Below, in pieces: positions 30,866 through 41,316 of a DNA stretch of 64,000 bases. The notes under the pieces are model-generated. The model did no database searches, had not been told where the DNA came from, and saw only the letters and a program-made list of their open reading frames with translations. Location: assembly GCA_963840855.1 (NCBI GenBank), contig CAWJBB010000007.1, positions 1 to 64,000 on the forward strand. The letters are read 5' to 3'. The stretch comes from an uncultured delta proteobacterium (GTDB lineage Bacteria > Desulfobacterota > Binatia > UBA9968). Position 1 is the first letter of the stretch; every line of letters starts with the position of its first letter. Both the position numbers and the translations under genes were made by a program.

Positions 30866-31918
30866 ATGAAAAAGCGCAATCTATTGCTTACGCTGATTTG
30901 CTGCATTTCATTTGTGCTTCCAGGTCTTGCGTCTGAAGTCCGGGCGCAAGCCGACACGTTTTATAGAGGAAAAACTATTCGCATCATGGTCGGCTCTACA
31001 GCGGGCGGGTTTTATGACCGCTGGGCCCGTCTCTTCGCCAGATACATGGGCAAGTATATTCCCGGCCAGCCGGAGATCATCGCCCAAAACATGCCCGGCG
31101 CCGGATCTGTGATCGCCGTCAATCATGTCTTTAACGTCGCCAAGCCTGACGGTCTAACCCTCGTGATGCCCTTGAACAGCGTCTATGTCGATCAGTTAGC
31201 CGGGCGCCCGGAGGTGCAGTTCGATCTTCGTAAATTTCACTGGATCGGTTCGCCCGCGGTCGAATCCGTCATCCTGTACATGCGGGCTGATGCTCCGTAC
31301 AAGTCTCTCGCGGACATTATAAAGGCCAAGGAACCGCCCAAGTGCGGCGGAACCGGGACGGCAAGCAGCGACTATATTTTAGCCAAGGTTTTGGAGGAAA
31401 CGGTGGGGGCAAAATTCAATAACGTCCTGGGCTATGCCGGCGGAACCGAAATCGACATAGCGGTGGAAAAGGGAGAAGTGATTTGTCGTGCCCACAGCGC
31501 CTCTGCCCACTTTGGCCGCGAACCGTTTGACACATGGCACAAGAAGAGTTTCGACCGCCATATTATCCAGACCGCGCGCAAGAGAGAATCACGGGCAGGC
31601 GATACGCCGACCATTCACGAAATCTTCGAGCAGTTCAAGGTTTCGGCGAACAGCCGCCGTGTTGCGCAGGCTGTGCTGGCAGCGGGAGATTTTGGCCGTC
31701 CGATGATGGTGACACCGGGCACGCCCCCGGAAAGAGTCAAGATACTGAGAGACGCCTACGTCAAGACCTTGAATGACCCAGAGGTCCTTGTCGAAACGAA
31801 AAAGGGCCGGATGGATGTGGAACCGACATCCGCAGAGGAACTGGAATCGCTGGTTAAGGAAATATTCGATTCTCCACGAGAAGTTCTCGAGCGAGTGAAG
31901 AAACTACTCGCCAACTAG
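30866..31918 (+). CDS. Bug/TctC tripartite tricarboxylate transporter substrate-binding protein
   Basis: FYRGKTIRIMVGSTAGGFYD, NMPGAGS, AKPDGLT, GYAGG, PGTPPERV; no tctAB nearby. Confidence 0.88.
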   Translation: MKKRNLLLTLICCISFVLPGLASEVRAQADTFYRGKTIRIMVGSTAGGFYDRWARLFARYMGKYIPGQPEIIAQNMPGAGSVIAVNHVFNVAKPDGLTLVMPLNSVYVDQLAGRPEVQFDLRKFHWIGSPAVESVILYMRADAPYKSLADIIKAKEPPKCGGTGTASSDYILAKVLEETVGAKFNNVLGYAGGTEIDIAVEKGEVICRAHSASAHFGREPFDTWHKKSFDRHIIQTARKRESRAGDTPTIHEIFEQFKVSANSRRVAQAVLAAGDFGRPMMVTPGTPPERVKILRDAYVKTLNDPEVLVETKKGRMDVEPTSAEELESLVKEIFDSPREVLERVKKLLAN

Positions 31919-32013
31919 TGTCCCGTCTCAGAAGTTCGTTACACAAGCCTGCGCGGGAATGACGACAGAGGGCCTGCCGATTTCTTGCCGGAATTTTTGA
32001 GACACTCGACTAG
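31916..32013. repeat. CTAG-bounded inverted-repeat element (MITE-like)
   Basis: ctagtgtcccgtctcagaagttc ... gaatttttgagacactcgactag imperfect terminal inverted repeats. Confidence 0.5.
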
Positions 32014-32099
32014 ACTAGGACGGAACGATTCAAATTGGAGGTTCCGCCTGATCCTTCTCTTTCCAAGTTGATCTTTTCGTCCCCATCAGCTAAGCGCCT

Positions 32100-32849
32100 G
32101 TGATGTCTTTCTCGGCCCGTTTTTGCCAAGGCATGAAAGCGGCGATACCGATCTGGATCGCCTTTATCCCGTCGTCGCTGACCTGGGGCATTGCCGCCCA
32201 GGCCCATGGGCTCACTCTCGACGAAGTCATTTTGATGTCGGCGTGGGTCTATTCCGGACCCGCGCAGTTTGCGGTCTTGGTGCCTCTCGCCGAAGGAAAG
32301 TCCGCGCTGCAAGTTGTCGTCGCCGGTTTTCTGATGAACTTGCGTTTCTTACCGATGAGCGCGGCGCTGGCGCCGTTTTTTCGCGGCGTAAATCGTTGGG
32401 TGTTGTTTTTTTCATCTCACGTCATCAGCGCCAGCAGTTTCATCGTGCCTTATTTCCAATTTCAGAAAGAGTCATTGGACGAGTCGAATGAGCCGGGCGC
32501 TGCTCGATCAACGGCCGGCTATGGGCGCCTCGCTTTTTTTCTCGGCGTCGGCGCGACCAGCTTTACCGTTTGGGTCGTTGGCGCTGCGGCGGGTTTCACA
32601 GCGGCGCTGGGTTTTCCGCCCGGCTTCGAAGAAGCGATGAAGTTCATTCTGCCGGGTTACTTCGCGGGGCTGCTGGTGGTGGAAATGAAAAGCCTGACGA
32701 TGGCGCTGATATGCGCGCTCAGCCTGATCGCCGCGATTCCCGGCGCGCTGGTGAGCCTCCGTTGGGGATGGCTGGTGACGGCTATCGGAACGGCAATTCT
32801 GGTTTGGGGGTGGGAGCAGTGGAGCTTACACGTATCGAAATCATCTTGA
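32100..32849 (+). CDS. azlC: AzlC family branched-chain amino acid exporter subunit
   Basis: MSAWVYSGPAQF, LMNLRFLPMSAAL motifs. Confidence 0.82.
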   Translation: MMSFSARFCQGMKAAIPIWIAFIPSSLTWGIAAQAHGLTLDEVILMSAWVYSGPAQFAVLVPLAEGKSALQVVVAGFLMNLRFLPMSAALAPFFRGVNRWVLFFSSHVISASSFIVPYFQFQKESLDESNEPGAARSTAGYGRLAFFLGVGATSFTVWVVGAAAGFTAALGFPPGFEEAMKFILPGYFAGLLVVEMKSLTMALICALSLIAAIPGALVSLRWGWLVTAIGTAILVWGWEQWSLHVSKSS

Positions 32850-33139
32850 TCATGGGCCTTATGGCCTTTGCCGTGCGCGTTTTGCCGCAGGTGTGTTTCG
32901 TCGGCCGGCAATTTCCGGAAGTATGGGACCGCCTGCTACGTTATCTTTCTTATGCGTTCATTTGCGGCATAATTTCCGTAACGCTTTTCATGTCCGGCAC
33001 GCGCTTCGAGAAAGAGGCCGCGCCGTTTCGCGCCGTTGCGTTGGCCGTCACGATTATTATCGCGCACAGGACCAAGAGCGCGGTCATCGGCATGCTGACC
33101 GGGATGATCCTTATCTTGCTTTCCTCCTGGGTCCGCTAA
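32819..33139 (+). CDS. azlD: AzlD domain protein
   Basis: Small hydrophobic ORF (MELTRIEIILIMGLMAFAVRVLP) overlapping the azlC end. Confidence 0.72.
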   Translation: MELTRIEIILIMGLMAFAVRVLPQVCFVGRQFPEVWDRLLRYLSYAFICGIISVTLFMSGTRFEKEAAPFRAVALAVTIIIAHRTKSAVIGMLTGMILILLSSWVR

Positions 33140-34295
33140 GCGGCGCTTGCGCGCACGCGCATCGCGCCAATCAGGCTGCCGTAGACAATAAGCGGGACGG
33201 CGGTGGTCAGGATCATCGCTAAAACGATATCGGCGCTGGCGGTGATCAGTTTCGCCGCGATCAACGGCGCGATGACGCCCGCAGTGTAATGCAGCGACAT
33301 GATGATGCCGCTGGCGGTGCCGGCGTTGCCCCGGCGGCGCGATTTGCTGCGCCAGGGCGATGATCAACGCGGGCACGGAGGTTTTGAACATGCCGAACAC
33401 GAAGATTCCCAAGCTGATCCAAAGCGCGGACTCGAGCCAGTAGAAAACCACGAACGCCGCCACGGCCGCAGGAAAAGCGCTGGAAACGATCACTTGCCTG
33501 CGCCCGAACCGATCGGATAGTCCGCCGAGGCAAAACGAGCCGAACATATTGGCCATGCTCAGGACGCCCATTACCCAACCGGTTTCCTGCAGCGTGAGCA
33601 TTTTGCGGTGCGGAGCAGCGTCGGCGTCCACGCGGCGGAGCTCCAAAACACCGCGCCGCCGATGCATTCCGCGAGAGCGAGAATCAGTATCGGCAGCGTC
33701 AGGGCATCTTTAAAGGACCCCGAATGCGCACTGAATTTAGTTCGGGGATTATTTGGAATCCAGAAAAGTTGCAGCAGCATATCCGCCGCGGCAATTCCGC
33801 CGACGGTGATGAAAGCCGCGCGCCAGCCGAAGGCTGCCGTGACACGGCTGACCAATATCGCGCCGACGGCTCCGCCGATGCCGTAGGATACCGAAACCAG
33901 ACTGGCGCCGAGTCCGCGGCGATTGGGTAGCAGATCGGACATGACGGCGTAAAGCGACGGCGGCGTGAAGCCGTAGCCGATGCCCGTGAGGGCCAGGAAA
34001 AAGAAGAAGAGTGTTCGATGGCTGCTGATTCCAGCGAGGCCAAAGCCCAGCGCAAGCAGGCTCAATCCGGTAATCAGCACGCGCTTGCGGCCGAATTTGT
34101 CGGCGAGTCTGCCGGCGATTCCGCTGGTTACCGCTGCGACGATCATCATCACCGAAAATACACTCCCGGCTTCGACCTCCGTTAGTTGAAATGCGCGCCT
34201 GACCTCAGGCAATGCGATTCCCAATGCGGCCACCATCATCGATGGTATCAGATTGGACAGGGGACGATGCAGAGCGTCGAGAGTTGCCGTGGCAC
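33136..34295 (-). CDS. MFS transporter with several frameshifts
   Basis: MFS motif A twice (GRLADKFGRKR, GGLSDRFGRRQ) in different frames; breaks near 33330, 33605 and 34260. Confidence 0.8.
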
Positions 34296-34331
34296 GGCGT
34301 CCGAGGGCTTGAGATTTTCGATGGAGCGTCC

Positions 34332-34679
34332 CTATTTGAGAGGAATCATGACGTAATGGCGCGGTTGGCCGCCTACCACCCTCGTGATGTGGCCATGCCC
34401 GGTAGTATCGTCTGCGAGCATGACGTCACCCGGCCCGAAGCGCCTTACCGTGCCGTCGCCGGTTTCGATCTCTACCTGTCCGGCGAGGGTAATGACGTAT
34501 TGGCGCCGCGGCGCGTTGTGATAATCGCTCAGATGAGTCGCGGGCGCGCGGCGAAAGAGAATCCCATGCGCCGGTTGGAGCGCGGAAACCTCCATATGGC
34601 CGATTAAGTTAAGTTCTACATCGAGCTCTTCGAAATGAGATTCGTTGTCCGCTCCCGTGTAAAGTCTAATGATCTTCAT
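34332..34679 (-). CDS. Cupin-like protein
   Basis: RLYTGADNESHFE, HNAPRRQYVITLAG, GPGDVMLADDTTGHGH. Confidence 0.8.
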   Translation of the reverse strand: MKIIRLYTGADNESHFEELDVELNLIGHMEVSALQPAHGILFRRAPATHLSDYHNAPRRQYVITLAGQVEIETGDGTVRRFGPGDVMLADDTTGHGHITRVVGGQPRHYVMIPLK

Positions 34680-34892
34680 CAGCCGGTTTGTAAGAGAATC
34701 GGTCGGAAAAAGCAAGGGAACGATGAGGCGTGAGACGTGAGGGGTGAAAAGTAAGCAATGAGGACTTCCGCCCAGCGTCTTTACTGTAGACGCAAAAATG
34801 ACTTATAACCGGTGCAAATACTGTCTTCGGGCTTGGTAATCAACTGCCCGGCCGTCGAATGAGTTTCCAGTCCTGAAAAGAGGAGAGATCTT

Positions 34893-36317
34893 ATGAGCGC
34901 TGAGAATATCTTGAGCCAGCTCGCCGCCGACATGAATGAATTGCTTACCGAGCCGGTCGGCAGCCGAAGGGTGAAGATCACCGATCTCACGCCGCGCGAC
35001 GGACAACAATGCAAGCTGGCCACGCGGGTGACGACCGACGATTTGTTGCCGCTCTGCGCGGCCCTCGACAACTGCGGCTTCCATGCCGTCGAGGTGTGGG
35101 GCGGCGCGACCTTCGATGTCTGTATGCGCTATTTGAAGGAAGATCCGTGGGACAGGCTGCGGCGCATCAAGGAAGTGATGCCCAACACGAAGCTCCAGAT
35201 GCTCCTGCGCGGCCAACATATTCTGGCTTACCGGCCTTACACGGACAAGATCGTCTGCAAATTCGTCGAGCGCGCCATCGCCAACGGCATGAACGTCTTT
35301 CGTATTTTCGAAGCGACCAACGATTTCCGCAACATCGAAGTTGCCACCAAAGCCGTGAAAGATCTCGGCGGCGAGGCGCATGTGGAGGTGAACTATACTG
35401 TGAGCCCGGTTCACACGCTGGAAAGATGGATGGAGTACGCGGAACAGTTAATCGAGATTGGCGCGGATTGGTTATCGCTGAAAGATGCCACGGGAATCTT
35501 GACGCCGTTCGATAGCTACAGAATCATCAAGGGCATTAAAGACCGGGCCAAGAACAAGCTGCCGGTTTTGCTTCACTGTCATGACATGGGCGGAACATCG
35601 AGCATGTGCCATCTGATGGCGATACTGGCGGGCGTGGACATGATCGACACGGTGCTGTCGCCGCTATCGTTCGGTTCGGCGCATCCGGCGACCGAAACGA
35701 TGGTGGCGTCTTTGAAGGGCACGCCTTTCGATACCGGCATCGACGTACAGCTTCTGGAAGAGCCGGCACGGATCACCAAGCAGATCAAGGAAAAGTACGA
35801 ACAATATGAGACCGGGTACACCGGCGTCAGCGCCGAGGTATTCATTCACAAAGTTCCCGGTGGCATGATCTCCAATATGGTGGCGCAACTGAAAGAAGCC
35901 AAGAGGATGGATCTGATGGAGGCGGCGCTTAAAGAGACGCCCAATGTCGAGCGCGACCTCGGCCACCCGCCTCTATTGACGCCCACCAGCCAGATCGTTG
36001 GCGTCCAAGCCGTACTGAATGTCTTGGCTGGAGAGCGATACAAGATCGTTAGCAGGGAAACCAGCGATTACGTGAAGGGCAAGTATGGTCGGCCGCCGGG
36101 GCAAGTAAATAAAGACTTGATCAGAAAGATCATGAAGGACAATGAGCCCGACTACTCAATACGCTCGGGCGAGATGGCGGATCCGGCGGACTGGGAAAAG
36201 GCGATTAAGGATCTCGGCCCGCTAGCGAAAAGCGACGAGGACATTCTTCTTGGCGTACTGTTCCCGATGCAGGCGAAAGAGTTTCTCAGCTATCGGGAAA
36301 ACGCGCAGGCGCAATAG
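34893..36317 (+). CDS. Stand-alone carboxyltransferase (pyruvate carboxylase subunit B/oxaloacetate decarboxylase alpha/transcarboxylase 5S family)
   Basis: RDGQQCKLATR, EVWGGATFD, EDPWDRL, QMLLRG, HCH, VPGGMISN, TPTSQIVG; no biotinyl domain. Confidence 0.88.
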   Translation: MSAENILSQLAADMNELLTEPVGSRRVKITDLTPRDGQQCKLATRVTTDDLLPLCAALDNCGFHAVEVWGGATFDVCMRYLKEDPWDRLRRIKEVMPNTKLQMLLRGQHILAYRPYTDKIVCKFVERAIANGMNVFRIFEATNDFRNIEVATKAVKDLGGEAHVEVNYTVSPVHTLERWMEYAEQLIEIGADWLSLKDATGILTPFDSYRIIKGIKDRAKNKLPVLLHCHDMGGTSSMCHLMAILAGVDMIDTVLSPLSFGSAHPATETMVASLKGTPFDTGIDVQLLEEPARITKQIKEKYEQYETGYTGVSAEVFIHKVPGGMISNMVAQLKEAKRMDLMEAALKETPNVERDLGHPPLLTPTSQIVGVQAVLNVLAGERYKIVSRETSDYVKGKYGRPPGQVNKDLIRKIMKDNEPDYSIRSGEMADPADWEKAIKDLGPLAKSDEDILLGVLFPMQAKEFLSYRENAQAQ

Positions 36318-36488
36318 GAAGGTTCCAGCCGTTTTAGTAGCTCGATTCGCGAGATGGAAGATGGATGCTCGAGAAGCGAGCGCTGAACATCCTCTGGCCC
36401 TCGATCCTCGTTGGTTGTTTGGACCTGGCGGGATCGACGTTTGGAACGGCTGGAACGATTGGGCCGGCGGTGTCCCCGCCGCAATACT

Positions 36489-37400
36489 ATGCCTGAGCTG
36501 CCGGACGTAACCGTTTACATCGAAGCACTGAGCGAGCGTGTCCTCAACCAACCGATCCAGAGAATCCGCATCGGTAGCCCGTTTATCGTTCGCTCTTTCA
36601 ACCCGCCCATCGCGGCGGCGGATGGGAAAACAGTCGTGGCCTTGCGCCGGCTCGGTAAACGTATCGTCTTCGAGCTGGAAGATGGCCTCTTTCTCGTTGT
36701 TCATCTGATGATCGCCGGCCGGTTTCACTGGAAGTCGAAAGGAGCAAAGATCGGACGCAAGTATGGGCAGGCAGCTTTCGATTTTTCCAATGGGACGTTG
36801 CTTTTGACGGAGGCGGGCACCAAGAAGCGCGCGTCGATTCACCTCGTTCGCGGTGAAGCCGCGTTGCGGGAACATGATCCCGGCGGACTGGAAATCTTCG
36901 ACGCGACTCTGGATCAGTTCCGCGAAATGTTGACGCGTGAAAACCACACGCTGAAACGCTCGCTCACAGATCCGCATTTCTTTAGCGGCATCGGTAACGC
37001 TTATTCCGACGAGATTCTTCATCGCGCCGGCCTCTCTCCGATTCGCATGACGCAACGCATGACCGACGCGGAGATAGAAACGCTCTTCAAAGCCGTTCGC
37101 GAGTCGCTGGCGGAATGGGTCGAACGGCTGCGCAAGGAACGAGGATCCGGCTTCCCCGAAAAAGTGACGGCCTTCCGCCCCGACATGGCCGTCCACGGCA
37201 AGTACGGCAAGCCGTGCCCGGTGTGCGGTTCCCCGGTGCAGCGCATCGTCCACGCTGAAAACGAGACCAACTATTGCGCGAAATGCCAGACGGGCGGAAA
37301 GCTATTAGCGGATCGCTCGCTTTCTCGTTTACTCAAAGAAGATTGGCCGAGGAGCTTGGAGGAGTTGGAGGAGATGAAAGATCAAAGGCGTCGCGGTTGA
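36489..37400 (+). CDS. Fpg/Nei family DNA glycosylase
   Basis: MPELPDV N-terminus, HLMIAG, SGIGNAYSDEILH, CPVC...CAKCQ zinc finger. Confidence 0.92.
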   Translation: MPELPDVTVYIEALSERVLNQPIQRIRIGSPFIVRSFNPPIAAADGKTVVALRRLGKRIVFELEDGLFLVVHLMIAGRFHWKSKGAKIGRKYGQAAFDFSNGTLLLTEAGTKKRASIHLVRGEAALREHDPGGLEIFDATLDQFREMLTRENHTLKRSLTDPHFFSGIGNAYSDEILHRAGLSPIRMTQRMTDAEIETLFKAVRESLAEWVERLRKERGSGFPEKVTAFRPDMAVHGKYGKPCPVCGSPVQRIVHAENETNYCAKCQTGGKLLADRSLSRLLKEDWPRSLEELEEMKDQRRRG

Positions 37401-37462
37401 CGTATCCAGAATTCCAATGTCATCCGATTTGAATTCCACTGGTGTAATTCGGCAAAATTCTC

Positions 37463-38551
37463 CTACTTTTTTTCATCCTTTTTTTCTCGGGGTGAGATGC
37501 CCGATTGGCGCACGCGCATAACGCGTTGAAGTGTGTCGAACCAGAACGGCGCACCCAGCGACACTGCGAATATACTGACGAGCAGCCCGATTACTTTGGC
37601 GGGCCATTCGATTCGCGACGGCCATTCTTTCCATCCCATTGGGAGCCCCGCGGACTGCAAAGCAAGCTCCGCCTGCCGGACGGCCTTGCGTGCGTCCTCG
37701 ATCTGCTGTTTCGCCGCACTGAGTCCGTCATCGGATTCCTCTTTCACCGGCTTGGGCGAGACTCCGGAACTTTGTTCGGCCGGTTTGGTTGCGTCTACAG
37801 TCTGTTGGTTGGTCGGTTTGGCTCGGTCCTCGGCTTGCTTTTTCTTATCCTGACCCGTGTTCTCGTCTGTGCCTTTGCTGTTTTTCCCCTCTCCTTCCAT
37901 TGTTTTTTCATTGGCTTTTGCTTCCTCCAAACGTGTTTCTGCAATTGCGACCATCTTTGCCCGCGCCTCGGGATTCGAGGCGAGCGAGGTCGCGAGGACA
38001 ATGGTGTCCACGTTCGCCACGGTCACAAACAGTGCCGATACTAGAAAAGCTACTTTCTGCTGGCGCCGCTTGACCCAGCCCGACGCACGATCCATCACCG
38101 CGTCAAAATGCTTCTCGACTGCGCTGCGGAAGGCAGCCGGATCTTTGCTTGTCTGCGCCACGAGTGCTTCAAGTGTCCCCTTGATGCGGTTGGTGTCCGG
38201 CATGCCCGGCAGTTTATCTACTGCTTCCTCCAGCGTCGTCACCGCGCCGTTCGCGGTCATAACCAACGACTCCACCACCTGCGCGACGGTTTCGGGCGGA
38301 ATATAGGAGGGTCGCGCCTTGTCGCCTTTGCTGAGCGCCAGTATGAGTGGATGACTGTAGAAGGCGTCGACGAATTTCTTGCCTTGCTTGAGTTCTCCAG
38401 CGAATAACTCGTTCAGCCCCGCCTCGAGATTCTTGCTACGCACACTGAGCCAGCTCGCCATTGCTTCGACGATGACGGTACAGGCCATAGCGAAGGAGAG
38501 ATACACCGTTATGAGCCCGATCAGCACATCCAGCGTTCCTAGCCCCACCAT
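37463..38551 (-). CDS. Uncharacterised membrane protein (PSYIP / SLGAPFWFD motifs)
   Basis: 362 aa, hydrophobic N-, mid- and C-terminal segments, charged linker, GGGGG RBS. Confidence 0.75.
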   Translation of the reverse strand: MVGLGTLDVLIGLITVYLSFAMACTVIVEAMASWLSVRSKNLEAGLNELFAGELKQGKKFVDAFYSHPLILALSKGDKARPSYIPPETVAQVVESLVMTANGAVTTLEEAVDKLPGMPDTNRIKGTLEALVAQTSKDPAAFRSAVEKHFDAVMDRASGWVKRRQQKVAFLVSALFVTVANVDTIVLATSLASNPEARAKMVAIAETRLEEAKANEKTMEGEGKNSKGTDENTGQDKKKQAEDRAKPTNQQTVDATKPAEQSSGVSPKPVKEESDDGLSAAKQQIEDARKAVRQAELALQSAGLPMGWKEWPSRIEWPAKVIGLLVSIFAVSLGAPFWFDTLQRVMRVRQSGISPREKKDEKK

Positions 38552-38575
38552 GTCATTTCCCCCTTGCTAGCGGTG

Positions 38576-39166
38576 TCACATCATCGGGATGTAACCTGGC
38601 TGTGCTTTTACCCGTTCAATCCACGCCCTGATCGCCGGAAAATCGTCCAGCGGAAAGCCGCCTTCCTGTGCGACGTGGGTATAAGCGAAGAGGGCGATGT
38701 CGGCGATGGAATAACCGCCGACGAAGAAATCGTTTTTGGCCAGGTGGTTTCCTATCACGTTAAGTGCCGCCCAGCCGCCGTCGCGTTTTGCTGCCAGCAT
38801 CGCCGTACGTTCCGGTGAGTCTGGCTTGTGTTGCAGCCAGAAGCGCGAAGTGGCGATGAAAGGCTCGTGGCTGTATTGCTCGAAAAACAGCCATTGAAAG
38901 ACCAAGGCGAATGCTTTCCGCTCGTCGGGAAGGTACTTGGTGCCGCGGGCAAGATGGGCGAGGATGGCGTTGGACTCGGCGAGAATGAACCCGTCGTCGT
39001 CCAGCACCGGCGTGCGACCGTTGGGGTTGATCTTCAAAAAATCAGCTGTGCGGCTTGCGCCTTTGAGGATATCGACTTCGACGATCTCGCAGGAGACGCC
39101 CAAGTGCGCGAGCAGCAGGCGCACTTTATATGAGTTGCCGGAGTACGAAACGTTGTATAACTTCAT
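38576..39166 (-). CDS. Glutathione S-transferase family protein
   Basis: SGNSYKVRL, INPNGRTPVL, ESNAIL, YSIADIALF. Confidence 0.92.
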   Translation of the reverse strand: MKLYNVSYSGNSYKVRLLLAHLGVSCEIVEVDILKGASRTADFLKINPNGRTPVLDDDGFILAESNAILAHLARGTKYLPDERKAFALVFQWLFFEQYSHEPFIATSRFWLQHKPDSPERTAMLAAKRDGGWAALNVIGNHLAKNDFFVGGYSIADIALFAYTHVAQEGGFPLDDFPAIRAWIERVKAQPGYIPMM

Positions 39167-39173
39167 AGCGTTG

Positions 39174-39325
39174 ACCGTTCAAGTCGTTCAAAACGTTCAA
39201 GCCGTTCAAATCGTTATAAGGATCACGGAATTTAAAGACGGCCAGACAAAACAATCATTCAAACCGGCCTTTTCCTACTCCCTATACGGTTTGAACGACT
39301 GGAACGACTTGAACATTTTGAACGC
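39174..39325. repeat. Nonamer inverted array (CGTTCAANN)n...(NNTTGAACG)n
   Basis: ccgttcaagtcgttcaaaacgttcaagccgttcaaatcg ... ttgaacgactggaacgacttgaacattttgaacg. Confidence 0.8.
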
Positions 39326-39338
39326 TCTAGGCTTTCGC

Positions 39339-40476
39339 CTAGAGCTGGGGCTCTAGGATTTCCAATCCGTCGTAGCGGTCCATTAAATACAGCTTGCCGT
39401 CCTTGTCGTGGAAGACGTCGTTGCTCATGACGACTTTCTGGCCTTTGCCGGGATTCGGGATGTAGTAGCCGACTTCCGTCGGGATATACGGATTGGAGAA
39501 ATTGACGGCCCGGAGGCCGCCGCCGAACCAGGTGACGTAAAGCGTGTTGCCGTAAACCTGTTCCGCAGGCTGGTGCGCGCCGAAGCGGAATTCGCCCGTC
39601 GACTTGCCGTCGAATGGCACGATGAACGTCGCCACCGGCAGCGGCAATTCTTCTTTGGTGATATCGACGACCCAGAGAAACGCGTTGTGCGTATCGTTGA
39701 GCTTTTCGCCGACTTCTTCATCGGTGACGATTAGCCAGTCGCGCTCCATTATCTTGTTCAGCATCGGCAAAGTGGTGTGCGTCGGGCAAGGGTAGGGAGG
39801 GCTCCAGTCCAGCGTGCTGATCGTTTTCGGCTTGCTCAAATCGGAAATATCGACGATGGCGAATCCGCCGTGCCAATAGCTGATATAGAGCCGGTCGCCG
39901 CGCCGAATCGGATGGTGGCAGCGCGTGTCCGCGCCTTTAAAGGTGGGTTTTTCGCCTCCTGCGACCCACTGCCCCGGCATCCACCAGCGGCAGACTTCTT
40001 CGGGCTTCTGCTGGATTTTTCATGTCCAACATCATGGCGATATTGCCCTGGTAGCCCTCTACAGTGGGTGAGATGTAAGCGTAGCGCCCGTCAAAGGTGA
40101 ATCGGTGCACGCCTTTCCCCGGAGTTTTGTAGAAGCCGATCTCGCGCGGCTTGGTCTTGTCCGAAATATCGAAAATTTTGAGCCCGGACTGAAGCGCTTG
40201 CTTGGCCTGATAACGCTCGTAGTTGACCAGCATCACGTCGCCGCTCACGCGCACTTTGTGCGAGTGCAGCCCTTCGGGAATTTCCAGATGGGCGACGACT
40301 TTTAGATTCTTCGGATCGCGCACATCGATGATCGAAGTACCGTGCGGTGGGTCCATGTGGCCAACGTAAGCGTAACCGTTGTCCACGACGACCGAGCCGC
40401 CGCCCGGTAGGTCCATTCTGCCGATCTGTTTGATGTTCTTGCTTACGCCGATCGGTGCCGCGCTATTCGATGCCAT
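39339..40476 (-). CDS. LVIVD-repeat beta-propeller protein, frameshift near 40000
   Basis: YAYVGHM..PHGTSIIDV, GVHRF, YISYWHGGFAIVDISD, RFGAHQ, WFGGGLRAV, SNDV. Confidence 0.82.
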
Positions 40477-40502
40477 ACGTTCCTCCTCTTGGTTGATTCT
40501 GA

Positions 40503-40577
40503 AGTTCAAGATCGTTCAATAGGTTCAAATCGTTCAAAACGTTTTGAACGGCTTAAACGGCTTGAACGGCTTGAACT
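40503..40577. repeat. Nonamer inverted GTTCAA/TTGAAC array overlapping a gene 3' end
   Basis: cgttcaataggttcaaatcgttcaaaacg ttttgaacggcttaaacggcttgaacggcttgaac. Confidence 0.8.
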
Positions 40578-41224
40578 CCTTGATTCTTATTCCTTGCAGT
40601 GTTGATCATTTCTATGACCTGATCCGTCGTGCGCACTCGCGACATGCGCGGGAAAATCAGTTCCATCAGCGTGTCATGGGCGCGCTGGTCGTGGGAGGTG
40701 CCGCAGGCATCGCTGACGACGATCATGTTGTAGTCCAGATCGCGGCCCGAATACAAGGTCGAGGTGACGCCGACGTCGGTGGAGCCGCCGGAAACAATGA
40801 GGGTGTCGATGCCGCGGGTACGCAGCGCAAGATCGAGATAGGTCTGGAAGAACGCGCTCCAGCGGTACTTCACGATGTAGTAGTCTTCGGGCTTTGGTTC
40901 CAAGTCGGCGAGCACATCGGAGCTTTTGTCCCCGGCGATGACATGCATTTTGGTCCTGGTCACTTCGCCGTTGGGCCAAGGCGTCAGCGAATTGTTGGTG
41001 TCGGTGCGGATTAACGCGCTTGTCGCGCCATCGGGCCGATGGTTGCCCTTGGCGAAAAAGACCGGCAGCCCCGCGGCGCGGCCGGCTTTGCTGAGCCTGA
41101 CGGCGTTTTGGATCCAGGGTTTAAGCGCCCGCGGCTTGCCCGGCTCCGGCTCGGCAATGTAGCCGTTGAGAATGTCGAAAAAAAGCAGGGCGGTTTTCTT
41201 GGGGTCGAAATCGTTGATGTTCAT
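40553..41224 (-). CDS. Isochorismatase/cysteine-hydrolase family protein
   Basis: TALLFFDILN, KYRWSAFFQTYLDLALR, GGSTDVGVTST. Confidence 0.85.
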   Translation of the reverse strand: MNINDFDPKKTALLFFDILNGYIAEPEPGKPRALKPWIQNAVRLSKAGRAAGLPVFFAKGNHRPDGATSALIRTDTNNSLTPWPNGEVTRTKMHVIAGDKSSDVLADLEPKPEDYYIVKYRWSAFFQTYLDLALRTRGIDTLIVSGGSTDVGVTSTLYSGRDLDYNMIVVSDACGTSHDQRAHDTLMELIFPRMSRVRTTDQVIEMINTARNKNQGVQAVQAV

Positions 41225-41316
41225 GTTGGTCTCCTTGTGAAATACGTGACTGTCTAGAGTCTGAGTCTAAGGTCTCGTGATATCGCAGGAGACTCGAGAC
41301 CCGACATTTTTAGTTA

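Noticed and set aside
1-40476. Programmed frameshifting in the hydantoinase, SBP, MFS, LVIVD and coiled-coil genes
   Set aside because: Scattered single-base indels in unrelated genes with no shared slippery site; sequencing error is the simpler explanation
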